Shown here piece by piece: positions 9,858 to 19,908 of a stretch of DNA of 64,000 bases. A program made the position numbers and the translations under genes. The stretch's first letter is position 1. Each line of letters opens with the position of its first letter. Where the stretch lies: NCBI GenBank assembly GCA_022711115.1, contig JAKLFP010000001.1:389183-453182 (forward strand), written 5' to 3'. The DNA comes from Candidatus Omnitrophota bacterium (GTDB taxonomy: Bacteria; Omnitrophota; Omnitrophia; Omnitrophales; Aquincolibacteriaceae). The notes beneath the pieces are model-generated. The model was given only the letters and a program-made list of their open reading frames with translations. It was not told the origin of the DNA and made no database searches.

Positions 9858-10858
9858 CCAAAGTTCTCCCTTCTATTGGACCACCTTGCTTTCAATGCTT
9901 CGATGGCTTCCGGAACGAAAGGCTCTTTCATAAAATCCGAGCAAAAAGAAACAGCAAAAAACCAAAATAAACGGGAAGAAAAAAGAAGTTGTTTGCTTTG
10001 ATTGGTTTTTTTAGCCGTGCTGAATAATTTTCGACACATGGAAAAGAGGGATAAAGGAAATCGGTAAAAGCAAACGGCGAGAAAGGAGAAGCAAGCAGTT
10101 CCGAGACAATTAAATTCTTTTTTCGTTTCTCCTTCAACTTCAAACGCATGCTGTCCATATCGATAGCGTTGATCGAGAAAGCCCCAAAAGGACTTTTTTT
10201 CCCAATGCAAAATGTAAAAATCGGACACGAAATAAACGGGAATGTTGTTTCGCGATAACCGAAAAGTCAACTCCGTATCTTCCCCTCCCACTATCTTTTC
10301 ATTGAACATCCCGGTTTTAGCAAACACATCCCGTTTAAATACTGCGGCCCTTGAGGCGGGAAGGTGGTTGCTCTTGATAATTCTTCCGGTAAGTTCTTCG
10401 TCGGCAATCCTTCCCCAGAGAGCTAGTTGCGTGTAAAGTTGTTGGATGATTCTTCCCAGACCATGCCCGCAGGATAAGATGTTAAATGTCAGAACGCTGG
10501 CGTCGAGATAACGATCAAAGAAATCATGGGCTGTTTTTAAATAGCTTTTGGGAAGGGTATAGTCATCGGCTATGAATACAAGGAATTGGCCCCGGGAATT
10601 TCGGATCCCTTGGTTGCGTGCCGCTGAAATCCCTTGGTGATCCTGATAAACATAGGTAATCGACAAAGGTTCTTTAAACGAGTCAACGACAGGGCGAACG
10701 GCGCATTTTGACCCATCGTCAACAACGATAACCTCGAACTTTGATTTTTCAAAATCTTGTTCCGCAATGGACTGAAGGCAACAGCGCAGGGGATCGGGTC
10801 TATTGTAAGTCAGGACGATCAAGGAAAATAAAGGGGCAGAAGAATCGACTTTTAGCAT
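9812..10858 (-). CDS. family-2 glycosyltransferase (tandem duplicate of 8865-9857)
   Basis: FSLIVLTYNRP...FEVIVVDDGSK...FIADDY; overall collinear similarity to the upstream neighbour. Confidence 0.7.
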   Translation of the reverse strand: MLKVDSSAPLFSLIVLTYNRPDPLRCCLQSIAEQDFEKSKFEVIVVDDGSKCAVRPVVDSFKEPLSITYVYQDHQGISAARNQGIRNSRGQFLVFIADDYTLPKSYLKTAHDFFDRYLDASVLTFNILSCGHGLGRIIQQLYTQLALWGRIADEELTGRIIKSNHLPASRAAVFKRDVFAKTGMFNEKIVGGEDTELTFRLSRNNIPVYFVSDFYILHWEKKSFWGFLDQRYRYGQHAFEVEGETKKEFNCLGTACFSFLAVCFYRFPLSLFSMCRKLFSTAKKTNQSKQLLFSSRLFWFFAVSFCSDFMKEPFVPEAIEALKARWSNRRENFGCHRIILNSFFPSSF

Positions 10859-11009
10859 AGCTCTCTTTTCTGTAAAACGTTTTAATGAATTTTGGGGTTA
10901 TGCATTACAAAACAAATCTGAATCTCAGTCCAAACAAATCTTTCGAGAGTTAATTTTAAAGAATATTTAACAAATATCAATCGCCAGGGGATTTACGGCA
11001 AAAATCTAA

Positions 11010-11948
11010 TCACTCGGCTCTTTCCTCCGCATGGCAAACTGCCTCATGCTGAGCCATCCTCCGGTTTTCACGAATTTTGATGATCCTGCGTTGTTTATTC
11101 TTTTCCCAGTAATATCCCCACTTCAAGGCTAAAATCCTCATTTCTAAAATAATTTTTATGATCAGCGCTTTTTTAAAAGAAAACACGCCTCGCATACTCT
11201 TAAGGCTATCATCATAGTTAAAACGAAAATAATTTCCCCATTTTTGGCGGAGCCAGTATCCTCCCCTCCCGTAATGAAAGAAACGTTTGGTGTCGGCAAG
11301 AATACCCGCTGAAGGTCGATGGATGAGGAGATTGTCGATAAAACCGATCTCGACATTTTCTTTTTCAAGACGTCGAAATAAATCTTCGTCCTCTCGAGTG
11401 ATGAGTTGTTCATCGAATTTCATTTCGAATTTTCCTAATCTTTTTTTATGGACCCCGAGATTCCCCGTCCCTATATACCGTGCTTTAAGTTTTTCCGAAA
11501 AATTATCGGAGGGAACAATGCGGACCTTATCGGCTATGCGTGAGTAATAGTGCGTTGCTTCCAGGAAAATGGATTGGTAATCGCAATAATGACAGCCGGC
11601 TTGGATAAATGCAAAACCGGGATTATTTGAAAATGCCCGAATGAATTTTGCGATCCAATCCGGGGGAGCGATCATGTCATCATCCGCAAAAAGAACGATC
11701 TCCCCTTCCGCAAGCGCGAATCCCCTGTTTCTCGCAGCGCTAGGCCCACGATTTTTTTGGTAGGCATATTTTATTTTTAAGGATGCTGAGAAATTTTCAA
11801 CAAACAGGCGGGTTTGATCCATGCTGCCATCATCAATGACAACGATTTCGTATTGTTCCTTGCTCACACTCTGTTTTTGCAAAGAATTGAGGAGGTCTTT
11901 GAGTTGTTGGCATCGGTTATAGGTGGGAATAACGACGGAAATATTCAT
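11010..11948 (-). CDS. family-2 glycosyltransferase
   Basis: ISVVIPTYNR...YEIVVIDDGSMDQT...FADDDM. Confidence 0.7.
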   Translation of the reverse strand: MNISVVIPTYNRCQQLKDLLNSLQKQSVSKEQYEIVVIDDGSMDQTRLFVENFSASLKIKYAYQKNRGPSAARNRGFALAEGEIVLFADDDMIAPPDWIAKFIRAFSNNPGFAFIQAGCHYCDYQSIFLEATHYYSRIADKVRIVPSDNFSEKLKARYIGTGNLGVHKKRLGKFEMKFDEQLITREDEDLFRRLEKENVEIGFIDNLLIHRPSAGILADTKRFFHYGRGGYWLRQKWGNYFRFNYDDSLKSMRGVFSFKKALIIKIILEMRILALKWGYYWEKNKQRRIIKIRENRRMAQHEAVCHAEERAE

Positions 11949-11959
11949 GAACGTTTGCC

Positions 11960-12964
11960 TTATATTTTTTGGGCCACGATAAGCTGGTCTTTTTGGTGGA
12001 TGGTCTTAAAGCCGCATTCTTTAAGAATTTGGCGCATTTCCCGATACGTGGGTTGCCAACCGCTTTGCCCTTTGCGACCGAGCACGGCAAGGGCTTGAAC
12101 AAGCGCCATGAAAGAACCTTTAAAATTGTCCTCAAGAAAAAATTCCCACACCAGCACTTTTCCTCGACGGGGTAGCGCCCGGTACACCTGTCTCAGGATC
12201 TTTTTTATGTTCGCTTCATTCCAGTCGTGTAGAACATTCGCGAGCAAGACAACGTCTGCCCCTTTCGGAAGGACATCAAAAAACGATCCTGACCATAAGC
12301 GAACCCGTCTTTGCAAATGCGCCTTTTGAATCTCTTTGAGCATAAAAGGATGAACTTCCGGAAGATCCACTAAAATGGCTTTAAGGTGCTTGTGCCTTTT
12401 TAGAATGCTGATGGACCAGCCTGCAGAGGCGCAGCCCAAATCCATTAACGCGATATGCTTTTTGAAGTTATAGATTCTGGCAAGATCCTCCCCCCAAAAA
12501 ACTCTCCGGGCATGAAGCCAGCCGGAATAGAAAGCGGGATCTATTTTTCTTGCCCCTTGTTCCCGCTTAAGCCGGTGCCAGATCTGTTCCGGAGGTCTTT
12601 TTAAATAACGGTTTAACCGGGAAGGAGATTTCCTCAAATCCGAAAGATGCCGAAGCCATGCTAATGAGGACTGATGCTTGCATAAAAGATATCGCCGGCT
12701 TATCGGGGTAAGTTGAATTCGATTTTGAGAATATTTTATTAATTCCAATCGAGCAAGGTATTGCATAAAGACTCGCGTCGACGGGGCCGGCATTTTCAGT
12801 TTTCGGCTTATTTGGAGCAAGGTCAGCTTTGGATGCTCTCGAAACAAGGAAAAAAAGCCCGTTTTAATGGCAAGTTGCAAAAAAGAGTCTGTGAGACCGC
12901 CTAGGGCATAAGACACTAGGCTCTCAGGATAATCAAAATTAGCTGATCTTATGGAATGTTTCAT
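11960..12964 (-). CDS. SAM-dependent O-methyltransferase-like protein (class I MTase with N-terminal dimerisation or winged-helix region)
   Basis: LMDLGCASAGWSISIL (SAM motif I) followed by LVDLPEV, typical of the plant/bacterial O-MTase family. Confidence 0.55.
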   Translation of the reverse strand: MKHSIRSANFDYPESLVSYALGGLTDSFLQLAIKTGFFSLFREHPKLTLLQISRKLKMPAPSTRVFMQYLARLELIKYSQNRIQLTPISRRYLLCKHQSSLAWLRHLSDLRKSPSRLNRYLKRPPEQIWHRLKREQGARKIDPAFYSGWLHARRVFWGEDLARIYNFKKHIALMDLGCASAGWSISILKRHKHLKAILVDLPEVHPFMLKEIQKAHLQRRVRLWSGSFFDVLPKGADVVLLANVLHDWNEANIKKILRQVYRALPRRGKVLVWEFFLEDNFKGSFMALVQALAVLGRKGQSGWQPTYREMRQILKECGFKTIHQKDQLIVAQKI

Positions 12965-13319
12965 AGATGGCTGCAGTCATTAAACGCAATGTTTGCGGGA
13001 TATAATACCCGTAAAGAACTTCCCTGAAAAGGAAAGAAAGAAGTCCCGACGTTTTTCAGCATGCGGCCGAAAGTGAGTCTACCCGTGTTTATCGAGAAAA
13101 AGAAGGCCCATTGAACTGTTCGGAAGTGAAGGCGGGGCCCGGCCAGCACCACTCCTCATGAGATCCGCCTGGGAGATATGAATGAGCGAATTTTCGACGC
13201 CGGCTGAAGGGATTTAGAGGAATCGTTATACTAAAATCTAAAGATTTTTTTATTTACTTGGAAAGAATGCGATGACCACGGCTAAAATGAGCCTTTCTCG
13301 CTGCGCAAAGTTAACTCCG

Positions 13320-14522
13320 TTATGTTTTTGTTGCCGTGACCGTTTCATCATGAAACGGTTTCACTTTATTTAAAACGGATCTGCAAAAAGCAAGAACCGG
13401 TTCTTTGATGGTTTCCGCATAGACGCTATTTCCAATCTCGTTAAAGTGCCCTTCGGGAAAATAGATATCTTTAATTTGGTAACCCTTTTTTTCCATCAGG
13501 GACCTTATCTTGTCCGTGGGATCAAAAAAATAAACCCCTTGTTGTTGCGGGAAAGTTTCAGCTAACAGGGATTTTTTAAAATGTTCGCAAACACCGGGAC
13601 GTTTTTCGTTTTTGGCCATCGCTTTTGAATTCGGCGTCCAGACAATCAACAGCGGTATATGATTTTCCCGGCAAAAAAGGGTCAGGCGACGCACATGCGC
13701 CAAACTGACGCGAGCGGCATCTTGAGGAGTCCTGGTGCTTGCAGGGTATAGGCTACCGGGTGTTTCAGCTGTCACATTTGGGAAACAAAACTTTTTGATC
13801 AAGACAAACAAGTGAGAATGCTGATTGAACCATGGATAAGGCGTACGCGTAAGAAGATATCTCTTAAAAGGAGTAAAGACTTTTTCATCTTTTAATATGA
13901 CTTGGCCGTCCCTGACGGCAAACGAGCAAGCTCGATAGTTAGGATTTTGATTAATATTATCAGCGATATCGTTTGAATTCATGAAATAGATGACGGCATC
14001 AACATGAAACATTTTTTGAAAACGTTTTAAAGCCTTGAAGACATGTCCCGTGGAATAAGTGCTGACCCCCCCATTTAAAAGCTGGATATCTCCTGTCTCC
14101 TTCAAGACTTGGGCTTTAAGGATGCCGTAAAAAGAATTATTGATTTCGACGCCCCAGCCGAATAAAAAGGAGTCCCCTAATGCCAGTATTTTTTTTACAT
14201 GAGCTGCGGGGTTTACGCTCTGATCCATCCTTAAGCCATATTCGTTAGTATCAACCTGGAATGAATAATATTCTTTCGTTAGAACGTCATCATACTTCTG
14301 GTTCGGGCCGTTCACTTGCCCCAAATCTTCATGCGGCATTAAATAGGGCCTCACAAGGGATTGGGGAGAAAACTTTCTAACGATCCATTCCCCCAAGAGA
14401 ATGGACAGGGTGAGAGATAACAGCAGTAAAAAAGAATTCGATGCAAAAACCAGCCCTCGAGATTTCTTTTCAAGAAAATTCATGTTAAACATGATGCGGT
14501 GATTCAAAAAATTTAGAAGCAA
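13320..14522 (-). CDS. membrane-anchored SGNH/GDSL hydrolase-family protein (paralog 2)
   Basis: N-terminal TM; LGDSFLFGWGV; C-terminal EGHFNEIGN. Confidence 0.6.
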   Translation of the reverse strand: MLLNFLNHRIMFNMNFLEKKSRGLVFASNSFLLLLSLTLSILLGEWIVRKFSPQSLVRPYLMPHEDLGQVNGPNQKYDDVLTKEYYSFQVDTNEYGLRMDQSVNPAAHVKKILALGDSFLFGWGVEINNSFYGILKAQVLKETGDIQLLNGGVSTYSTGHVFKALKRFQKMFHVDAVIYFMNSNDIADNINQNPNYRACSFAVRDGQVILKDEKVFTPFKRYLLTRTPYPWFNQHSHLFVLIKKFCFPNVTAETPGSLYPASTRTPQDAARVSLAHVRRLTLFCRENHIPLLIVWTPNSKAMAKNEKRPGVCEHFKKSLLAETFPQQQGVYFFDPTDKIRSLMEKKGYQIKDIYFPEGHFNEIGNSVYAETIKEPVLAFCRSVLNKVKPFHDETVTATKT

Positions 14523-14720
14523 AAAACATGCCGGGGGGAGTCTCCATGAAAGTTATCTCCGCTTTTTTAGGTAATAATAGAGCGCCTGAACAAAGAAGGT
14601 TTTTCATCTTTTTTGATCTTTATCAAAGCGCCTTCAATAGACTGCTTTTAATTTTTTCCCGCTTCATATAATATACGGCGTGTATATTTTCTTTTGATAA
14701 AGAGCGGGCAATAAAACTTT

Positions 14721-16508
14721 TTGAGTAAAAAAACACTTTATTCCACTATGAAGATATCGGCAGAAAAAGAAAAAAAGCTGTCTCCTTTATTTCTCATTAT
14801 TCTTCTTGGAATAGGGCTCTATGCGATGATTCTCAATGCCCCGTTTTGTTTTGATGACAACGCAAAGATCGTCAGCAATTCGGCTTTAAAAGATACGGCG
14901 ACTTTCGAGCAAATATGGAAAATCCCGTATGCAAAAACAAACTTTCTTACCTTCGTCACTTTTGCCCTTAATTACCGTTGGGGGGGCATGAACCCCTTCG
15001 GATTCCATCTTGTGAATATCGTCTTGCATCTTCTCAGCGTCTTTTTAAGTTACCGGCTGGTGCTTATTTTCTTTTCCTGTCCCGCCTTCAGCTTATCCCC
15101 CTTGAGCGCATGGAAAAAATCTTTTGCTCTTATCGCGGCGCTCATCTTCCTATGTCACCCCCTTCAAACCCAGTCCGTCACGTATGTTTGGGCGCGTTCG
15201 GAAATATTATCTGCCATCTTTTGTTTTTTGTCCTTGCTGTTTTATATGAACGGGCGGCTAAAAAATAGGAAGCCGTTGCTTTTTCTTTCTTTCTTTTTGT
15301 TTTTGATCGGCATCTTCGCAAGAGGAAATATGATCATTTTCCCGCTTCTTGTTTTTTTAATCGAGATCACATTTTTCAGATCAACACCTCTGAAAATCAC
15401 TCGTCTATCTTCAAAAGGATGGCTGTTTCTATTGGGTTTAGGCCTATCGGCGATTCTTGTCGGAGTCTTTTTTTCGCAACTGGTGAACTTTTTTAACATC
15501 TCTTACCTTTTCAAGAACAGTTATATGCCCCGCACCCATTACCTCTTAACACAGTTTAGTGTTATCGTGCAGTACATCAAACTTTGTATTATCCCGCTGG
15601 GGCAAAATCTCGATTATGATTTCCCTTTTTCAAACTCTCTGTTCGAATTCCGGACTTTCGGTTCTCTTATGATATTGCTTTCTATTTTGGTTTCGGCCGT
15701 GCTCTGTTTTAAAAAGCATAGATTGATATCCTTTGGAATTTTCTGGTTTTTTATATGCCTCCTGCCGGTTTCCAGCATTATTCCCCTTTCAACCGTAATC
15801 TCTGAAAGTCGCGTCTACTTGCCGCTATTTGGCTTTTCTGTGCTTGTGACGGCTTTCATGTTTTCTTTCATCGCGGAAAAAAAGAAGGTGGTCCGGATTG
15901 CTTTTGTCGTCATCATGGGCTTAAGCGCCCTGACGATTGCCAGAAATTCTGTCTGGCGCTCATCGATCGCCATTATGGAAGACACTGTGAGAAAATCGCC
16001 TTTAAGCGGCCGGGCGCAGGCTAATTTGGGGGTGGCTTACAGCATGGCCGGACTTTATGACAAGGCCCTTGACAGTTATCGTACAGCCTTTGAGTTGGGT
16101 AGTAAAAGAGGCATGGATCGAAAATACTTGGCCCAAATTCTTATTAATTTAAGCTCTATTTACGGGTTGAAGGGCGATTATGAACGTGAAATTCACTATT
16201 GCCAGCAGGCGATTACTTATAATTCCAAAAATCCTCAAGCCTATAGCAATCTAGGACATGCGTATGCGTTAACCGGAGATTATGCCAAGGCGATAACATA
16301 CGGGCGTAAAGCCGTCGAAATTTCCCCGACTTTTGTTGAAGGATTGACAAACCTCGGTGTCGTTTACGGAAGAATGGGAAAGTACCGCGAAGCGGCCGAA
16401 CAGTTTGAGCGCGCGTTAAAACTTGACCGTGAGAATGAAAAGGCAAAACAGAATTTGCTTCTGGCGCAGCAATTGCTTAAAAATTCAAACGAACCTGCCC
16501 CTTTTTAA
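14721..16508 (+). CDS. TMTC/PMT-like GT-C membrane glycosyltransferase (DUF1736-type) with C-terminal TPR repeats
   Basis: Multi-TM N-terminal region with APFCFDDNAKIV and HLVNIVLHLL motifs shared with 39908-41716; C-terminal TPR repeats (AYSNLGHAYALTGDYAKAI...). Confidence 0.55.
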   Translation: MSKKTLYSTMKISAEKEKKLSPLFLIILLGIGLYAMILNAPFCFDDNAKIVSNSALKDTATFEQIWKIPYAKTNFLTFVTFALNYRWGGMNPFGFHLVNIVLHLLSVFLSYRLVLIFFSCPAFSLSPLSAWKKSFALIAALIFLCHPLQTQSVTYVWARSEILSAIFCFLSLLFYMNGRLKNRKPLLFLSFFLFLIGIFARGNMIIFPLLVFLIEITFFRSTPLKITRLSSKGWLFLLGLGLSAILVGVFFSQLVNFFNISYLFKNSYMPRTHYLLTQFSVIVQYIKLCIIPLGQNLDYDFPFSNSLFEFRTFGSLMILLSILVSAVLCFKKHRLISFGIFWFFICLLPVSSIIPLSTVISESRVYLPLFGFSVLVTAFMFSFIAEKKKVVRIAFVVIMGLSALTIARNSVWRSSIAIMEDTVRKSPLSGRAQANLGVAYSMAGLYDKALDSYRTAFELGSKRGMDRKYLAQILINLSSIYGLKGDYEREIHYCQQAITYNSKNPQAYSNLGHAYALTGDYAKAITYGRKAVEISPTFVEGLTNLGVVYGRMGKYREAAEQFERALKLDRENEKAKQNLLLAQQLLKNSNEPAPF

Positions 16509-16595
16509 AAAAGCGGCCATTCCTGCTAACAAAAGACTTCCCTCCGAAAACCAACTCAAATAAAAAGGATTTTGGGATAAGGTGGGTTGAGAGCT

Positions 16596-16650
16596 GCGGA
16601 TTGTTCCTATCGGCAATCCGCGGGGCGGAGGGGAATCGTATTTTTTATTT
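16596..16650. terminator. possible bidirectional terminator hairpin (GCGGATTG...CAATCCGC) followed by a T-rich run
   Basis: Perfect 8-bp inverted repeat between convergent genes 14721-16508 (+) and 16649-17110 (-). Confidence 0.35.
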
Positions 16651-17110
16651 AAACGTTCTGCAGTAAGCCTTGGAGTTTTGCGGGGTGCCGTACATTTTTG
16701 AGAATGATAACAACGCCCGCCGTACCGTACGGGACCAGGAATACATTTCCGTATCTCAGTATCTTTCCCCAAAAATCCTGCTTTATCTGGACTGAAACGA
16801 TCTGTGCCCGTTCGATTTCCACGTTTTTTTTAAAAAATAATCCGGACGTCAATGTCACCTTTTTGGAACTGATTTCATATGTCGCGGTTACCGCCGCATA
16901 GAGCGCTATAACAAGCCAGCTTGGAAGAAATAAAACAAAAAACAGACCTAGGCTCATGAGTCCGATGTACGGGTCGAAAAAGAACGGCGCGATACCCAGA
17001 AGAACAAAAACAAAAAAGCATCCCGGCAGACGGGCCGCTATCGTCGGCTGTCCTTTCCATATTTTTTTATTCACATCTTGCTCCATCGATAAAACCCTTT
17101 CGCTGGACAT
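16649..17110 (-). CDS. membrane-flanked bacterial PH-domain protein (DUF304/bPH_2-like)
   Basis: Two N-terminal TM helices then a beta-rich segment ...YEISSKKVTLTSGLFFKKNVEIERAQIVSVQIKQDFWGKILRYGNV. Confidence 0.45.
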   Translation of the reverse strand: MSSERVLSMEQDVNKKIWKGQPTIAARLPGCFFVFVLLGIAPFFFDPYIGLMSLGLFFVLFLPSWLVIALYAAVTATYEISSKKVTLTSGLFFKKNVEIERAQIVSVQIKQDFWGKILRYGNVFLVPYGTAGVVIILKNVRHPAKLQGLLQNV

Positions 17111-17127
17111 GGAAGTTAAATGGTTTT

Positions 17128-17964
17128 TTAGGGCGTTCCCTTTTCCGCCTTGATTTCCTCCGCTGTGTTGCCGCCAAGCGATCTTAAAAAAGCAACAAGT
17201 TCTTGCTCTCCGAAACGTTCGGCGATATCGAGCGCCGTGTTTCCGTCGGCATTGATCGCGTTGATATCCGCGCCCTTGGAAACAAGGTATTGAATCCCCT
17301 CAAAGTCCTTGCTGTACGCATGCCAAATCAAAGGCGTATTATCTTTAACGCTTCTGGCGTTCACGTCTGCGCCGAAATCTGCCAAAACCTTCATGATGTC
17401 AAGCTCCTGATTAAAAATCGGCGTCATATTGAATTCCTCGTTCCTCGCGTGAACATCAGCACCTCGTCCAATCAAGAACTTCGCCGTTTCCGGATCTTTC
17501 ACCACATGCAGCACGCTTTCTCCGAATTCGTTTTTCGCTTTAATGCTGCCCCCTTGATTGAGGAGCCGGCGGACCTCATCCGTCTGATTGTTCCGTACCG
17601 CTTCGATCAGTTTAATATTCAAATCGGACGCGGACGTCTCCGCTGTTTGCGCTGGTTTTTTCAGGACCGCGGGGATGAAAAAGCTCATGAAGATCAGCCC
17701 CGAGGATAGAAGGACGCTTATCAGGATCAGCAGGATCCGCCAGCGTCCGAATTTGCCGCGGTAAATAAAGCGGCCGGCGATCAGTCCGAGGATCGGGATG
17801 ATCAAGGCGACCGGCCCTTCCGCGCCGCACGGGGCAACGGTCAGACACAGCAGGGCGTAGGTAAATACAAAAACGAGTATAACAACATGCAGAAGAAAAT
17901 AAAGAAATCCGACGATTTTAAAAACCATCGTTCTCAAACCCTCATTTTTATTTGATACAATCAC
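17128..17964 (-). CDS. ankyrin-repeat protein with N-terminal TM helices
   Basis: ANK repeats (NTPLIWHAYSKDFEGIQYLVSKGADINAINADGNTALDIAERFG). Confidence 0.6.
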   Translation of the reverse strand: MIVSNKNEGLRTMVFKIVGFLYFLLHVVILVFVFTYALLCLTVAPCGAEGPVALIIPILGLIAGRFIYRGKFGRWRILLILISVLLSSGLIFMSFFIPAVLKKPAQTAETSASDLNIKLIEAVRNNQTDEVRRLLNQGGSIKAKNEFGESVLHVVKDPETAKFLIGRGADVHARNEEFNMTPIFNQELDIMKVLADFGADVNARSVKDNTPLIWHAYSKDFEGIQYLVSKGADINAINADGNTALDIAERFGEQELVAFLRSLGGNTAEEIKAEKGTP

Positions 17965-18748
17965 ACGCTAAAAAACCTTCTTTTCCCTCCGTCACGCGGT
18001 AAAGGTGGCCGGCAGCGGCCTGGGTAAATAAATGGCCTTGGGGCAGGCATTGCCTGAAAACATCGAGTGCTTTTTTATAATACGCCGCCGCCTTAGCGGG
18101 TTGTCCCATGTCACGGTAAACCTGGCCCATGTTGTGATAGGATCCGCCCAGGTCTGCGTCGGGCTTAGGGTTTTTTTGCCGTACCGCAAGCGCCTGCTCG
18201 TGGAACTGTAATGCTTTTTGGAGTTTGCCCTGTTTACGGTAGAGTTCGCCAAGGTCATGCAGCACCCGGATGGTTTCGAGATGCGTCCGGCCAAGCAGTT
18301 TTTCCCGGACGGTGTAAACGCGGTTAAATTCGCTTTCTGCTTTTTCGTACTGGTGATTGAACAGATGCAAAATGGCCAAGTTGCTTAGTGTCTGTGCCGT
18401 ATCCAAATGATCCTTTCCTAAGGATTTTTCGCGAATGGTCAGAGCTTGGTTAAATAAAGGTTCTGCGACAATGTATTTCTCCTGATAAAAATAAGCCGTT
18501 GCGAGATTATGCAGGATCTGCGCCCGCAGAAGGTTTGCGGGCATTTTCTGGCGCTCCCCTGCCTTCAATGCCTCGAGAAATTCTATCGAAGCCAAGGGAT
18601 AATCATGCTTCTCATAAGAACGGACGCCTCTTTGGTTGAGGTCGGCCACAGAGCTCCATGGATTCTCCGAGGTCATCGATTGGGAGGACATCCCGACAAA
18701 GGTCAAGACCGCCATACCAAGAAGAAAAATCCGCCGCTTCATATTCAT
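17948..18748 (-). CDS. secreted TPR-repeat protein
   Basis: Signal peptide MNMKRRIFLLGMAVLTFVGMSS; repeated TPR units (ATAYFYQEKY..., LSNLAILHLFNHQYEKAE...). Confidence 0.6.
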   Translation of the reverse strand: MNMKRRIFLLGMAVLTFVGMSSQSMTSENPWSSVADLNQRGVRSYEKHDYPLASIEFLEALKAGERQKMPANLLRAQILHNLATAYFYQEKYIVAEPLFNQALTIREKSLGKDHLDTAQTLSNLAILHLFNHQYEKAESEFNRVYTVREKLLGRTHLETIRVLHDLGELYRKQGKLQKALQFHEQALAVRQKNPKPDADLGGSYHNMGQVYRDMGQPAKAAAYYKKALDVFRQCLPQGHLFTQAAAGHLYRVTEGKEGFLACDCIK

Positions 18749-18799
18749 TTATCTTCTCATTGAAAGGTTGTTTGTTTTATATGGATCAAAGTTGTTTCT

Positions 18800-19759
18800 T
18801 TATCTTTTGTTACTTTCAAAAGACATTTGCTCTTGGTATTGTTCACGACGTTTCTGCTTTTGTTGACTCACCGTCTGGCCGTAGGTCGGAGAAAAAAGAT
18901 CTTGATCAATCGCCTGACCCGCTGGCGCCTGTCCCGGTTTGTAGGGAACTCCCATTAGATGGATGCTTTCTTGCTGTGCGGGAGGATGGTTGGAAGATGA
19001 AGCTGGAACAGCAGAAACGCCCAAGAGGGTGATCGTCTTCTCGCCGGAAGACGCTTGTTCCGGAAGCCCTGTGCCGGGATGACCAAAGCCTGGAACAGCC
19101 ATGGAGGGCGGGAAAGGCATTTCTTCGTTTTTGGGTTGCAGCTTAAAAGTGACTTTTAATCCTTTTCTTGGCTGGGTTACTTTATGGATGGGGACCGCCT
19201 TGACCTGCTTCCCGTTAATGTCTGCCACCTTCCATGTGCCAACCTCCATTTCCATGCCGGCGGCTGTTACATATTTAAGTTCCGCAATATCATCCACGGC
19301 CGGCACCCGGTTCCCTTTCAACTCGATCAGAACATCCTCACCAAAAACCCCTGTAACTTCTCCTACTACGTCGTTTTTAGCCGGCACCGAAGTCTTTTGG
19401 GACGATGAAAACGGCTGGCTTTGAGAATTGACAAGCTGGGGCTGCCAGTTAAACGCGGGAACGATATTCACTTTCATTCCCTGACTGGGTCGCATATTCA
19501 AGCTGACAATCTCAAGTGTGTACCGGTTGCCGTTGATCGCGACGATCTTAAAGCGGCCGATGAGCATCTCCATAACTCCGGCCGTGTAGCTCAATTCGAT
19601 CTCGCTCTCAACGGGGAAACTTTCCGGTCCGTCAGTCTCAAGAATCACACTCTTGGAATTTTCTTCAAGTACGGTGCCGGTCATCGGACCGGCAGCAAAA
19701 AGCGGGAGTGCCTTCAAAACAAACAAGGCTGTTATAAAAACAAAAAAGATTTTTTTCAT
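18800..19759 (-). CDS. secreted hypothetical protein with internal tandem domain duplication
   Basis: Signal peptide; two similar ~90-aa modules (SYTAGVMEMLIGRFKIVAINGNRYTLEIV / VTAAGMEMEVGTWKVADINGKQVKAV); Q/P-rich C-terminus. Confidence 0.5.
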   Translation of the reverse strand: MKKIFFVFITALFVLKALPLFAAGPMTGTVLEENSKSVILETDGPESFPVESEIELSYTAGVMEMLIGRFKIVAINGNRYTLEIVSLNMRPSQGMKVNIVPAFNWQPQLVNSQSQPFSSSQKTSVPAKNDVVGEVTGVFGEDVLIELKGNRVPAVDDIAELKYVTAAGMEMEVGTWKVADINGKQVKAVPIHKVTQPRKGLKVTFKLQPKNEEMPFPPSMAVPGFGHPGTGLPEQASSGEKTITLLGVSAVPASSSNHPPAQQESIHLMGVPYKPGQAPAGQAIDQDLFSPTYGQTVSQQKQKRREQYQEQMSFESNKR

Positions 19760-19908
19760 AGATTTCCTTTAAAGTCGTGACAAAAAAATCCAAGAAATGA
19801 TTTTTTAGGCCGCGTCATGGTACGCGATTTCTTTTTATCATGATTTTTCCTGGCCTCGAAAAACTGGCGAACCCAAAAAGCCATTGTTTCAATGAGCGGG
19901 CAGCTCTC

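Noticed and set aside
12965-13319. SAM-I riboswitch upstream of the methyltransferase
   Set aside because: The sequence does not contain the conserved SAM-I core (GGAGGGA...GGCCC.ATGAA.CCC.GCAACC); retained only as a generic structured-leader candidate
16485-16772. 95-aa ORF overlapping the convergent-gene terminator region
   Set aside because: It overlaps the 3' end of the bPH-domain gene and the terminator hairpin. The translation is basic and low-complexity with no support
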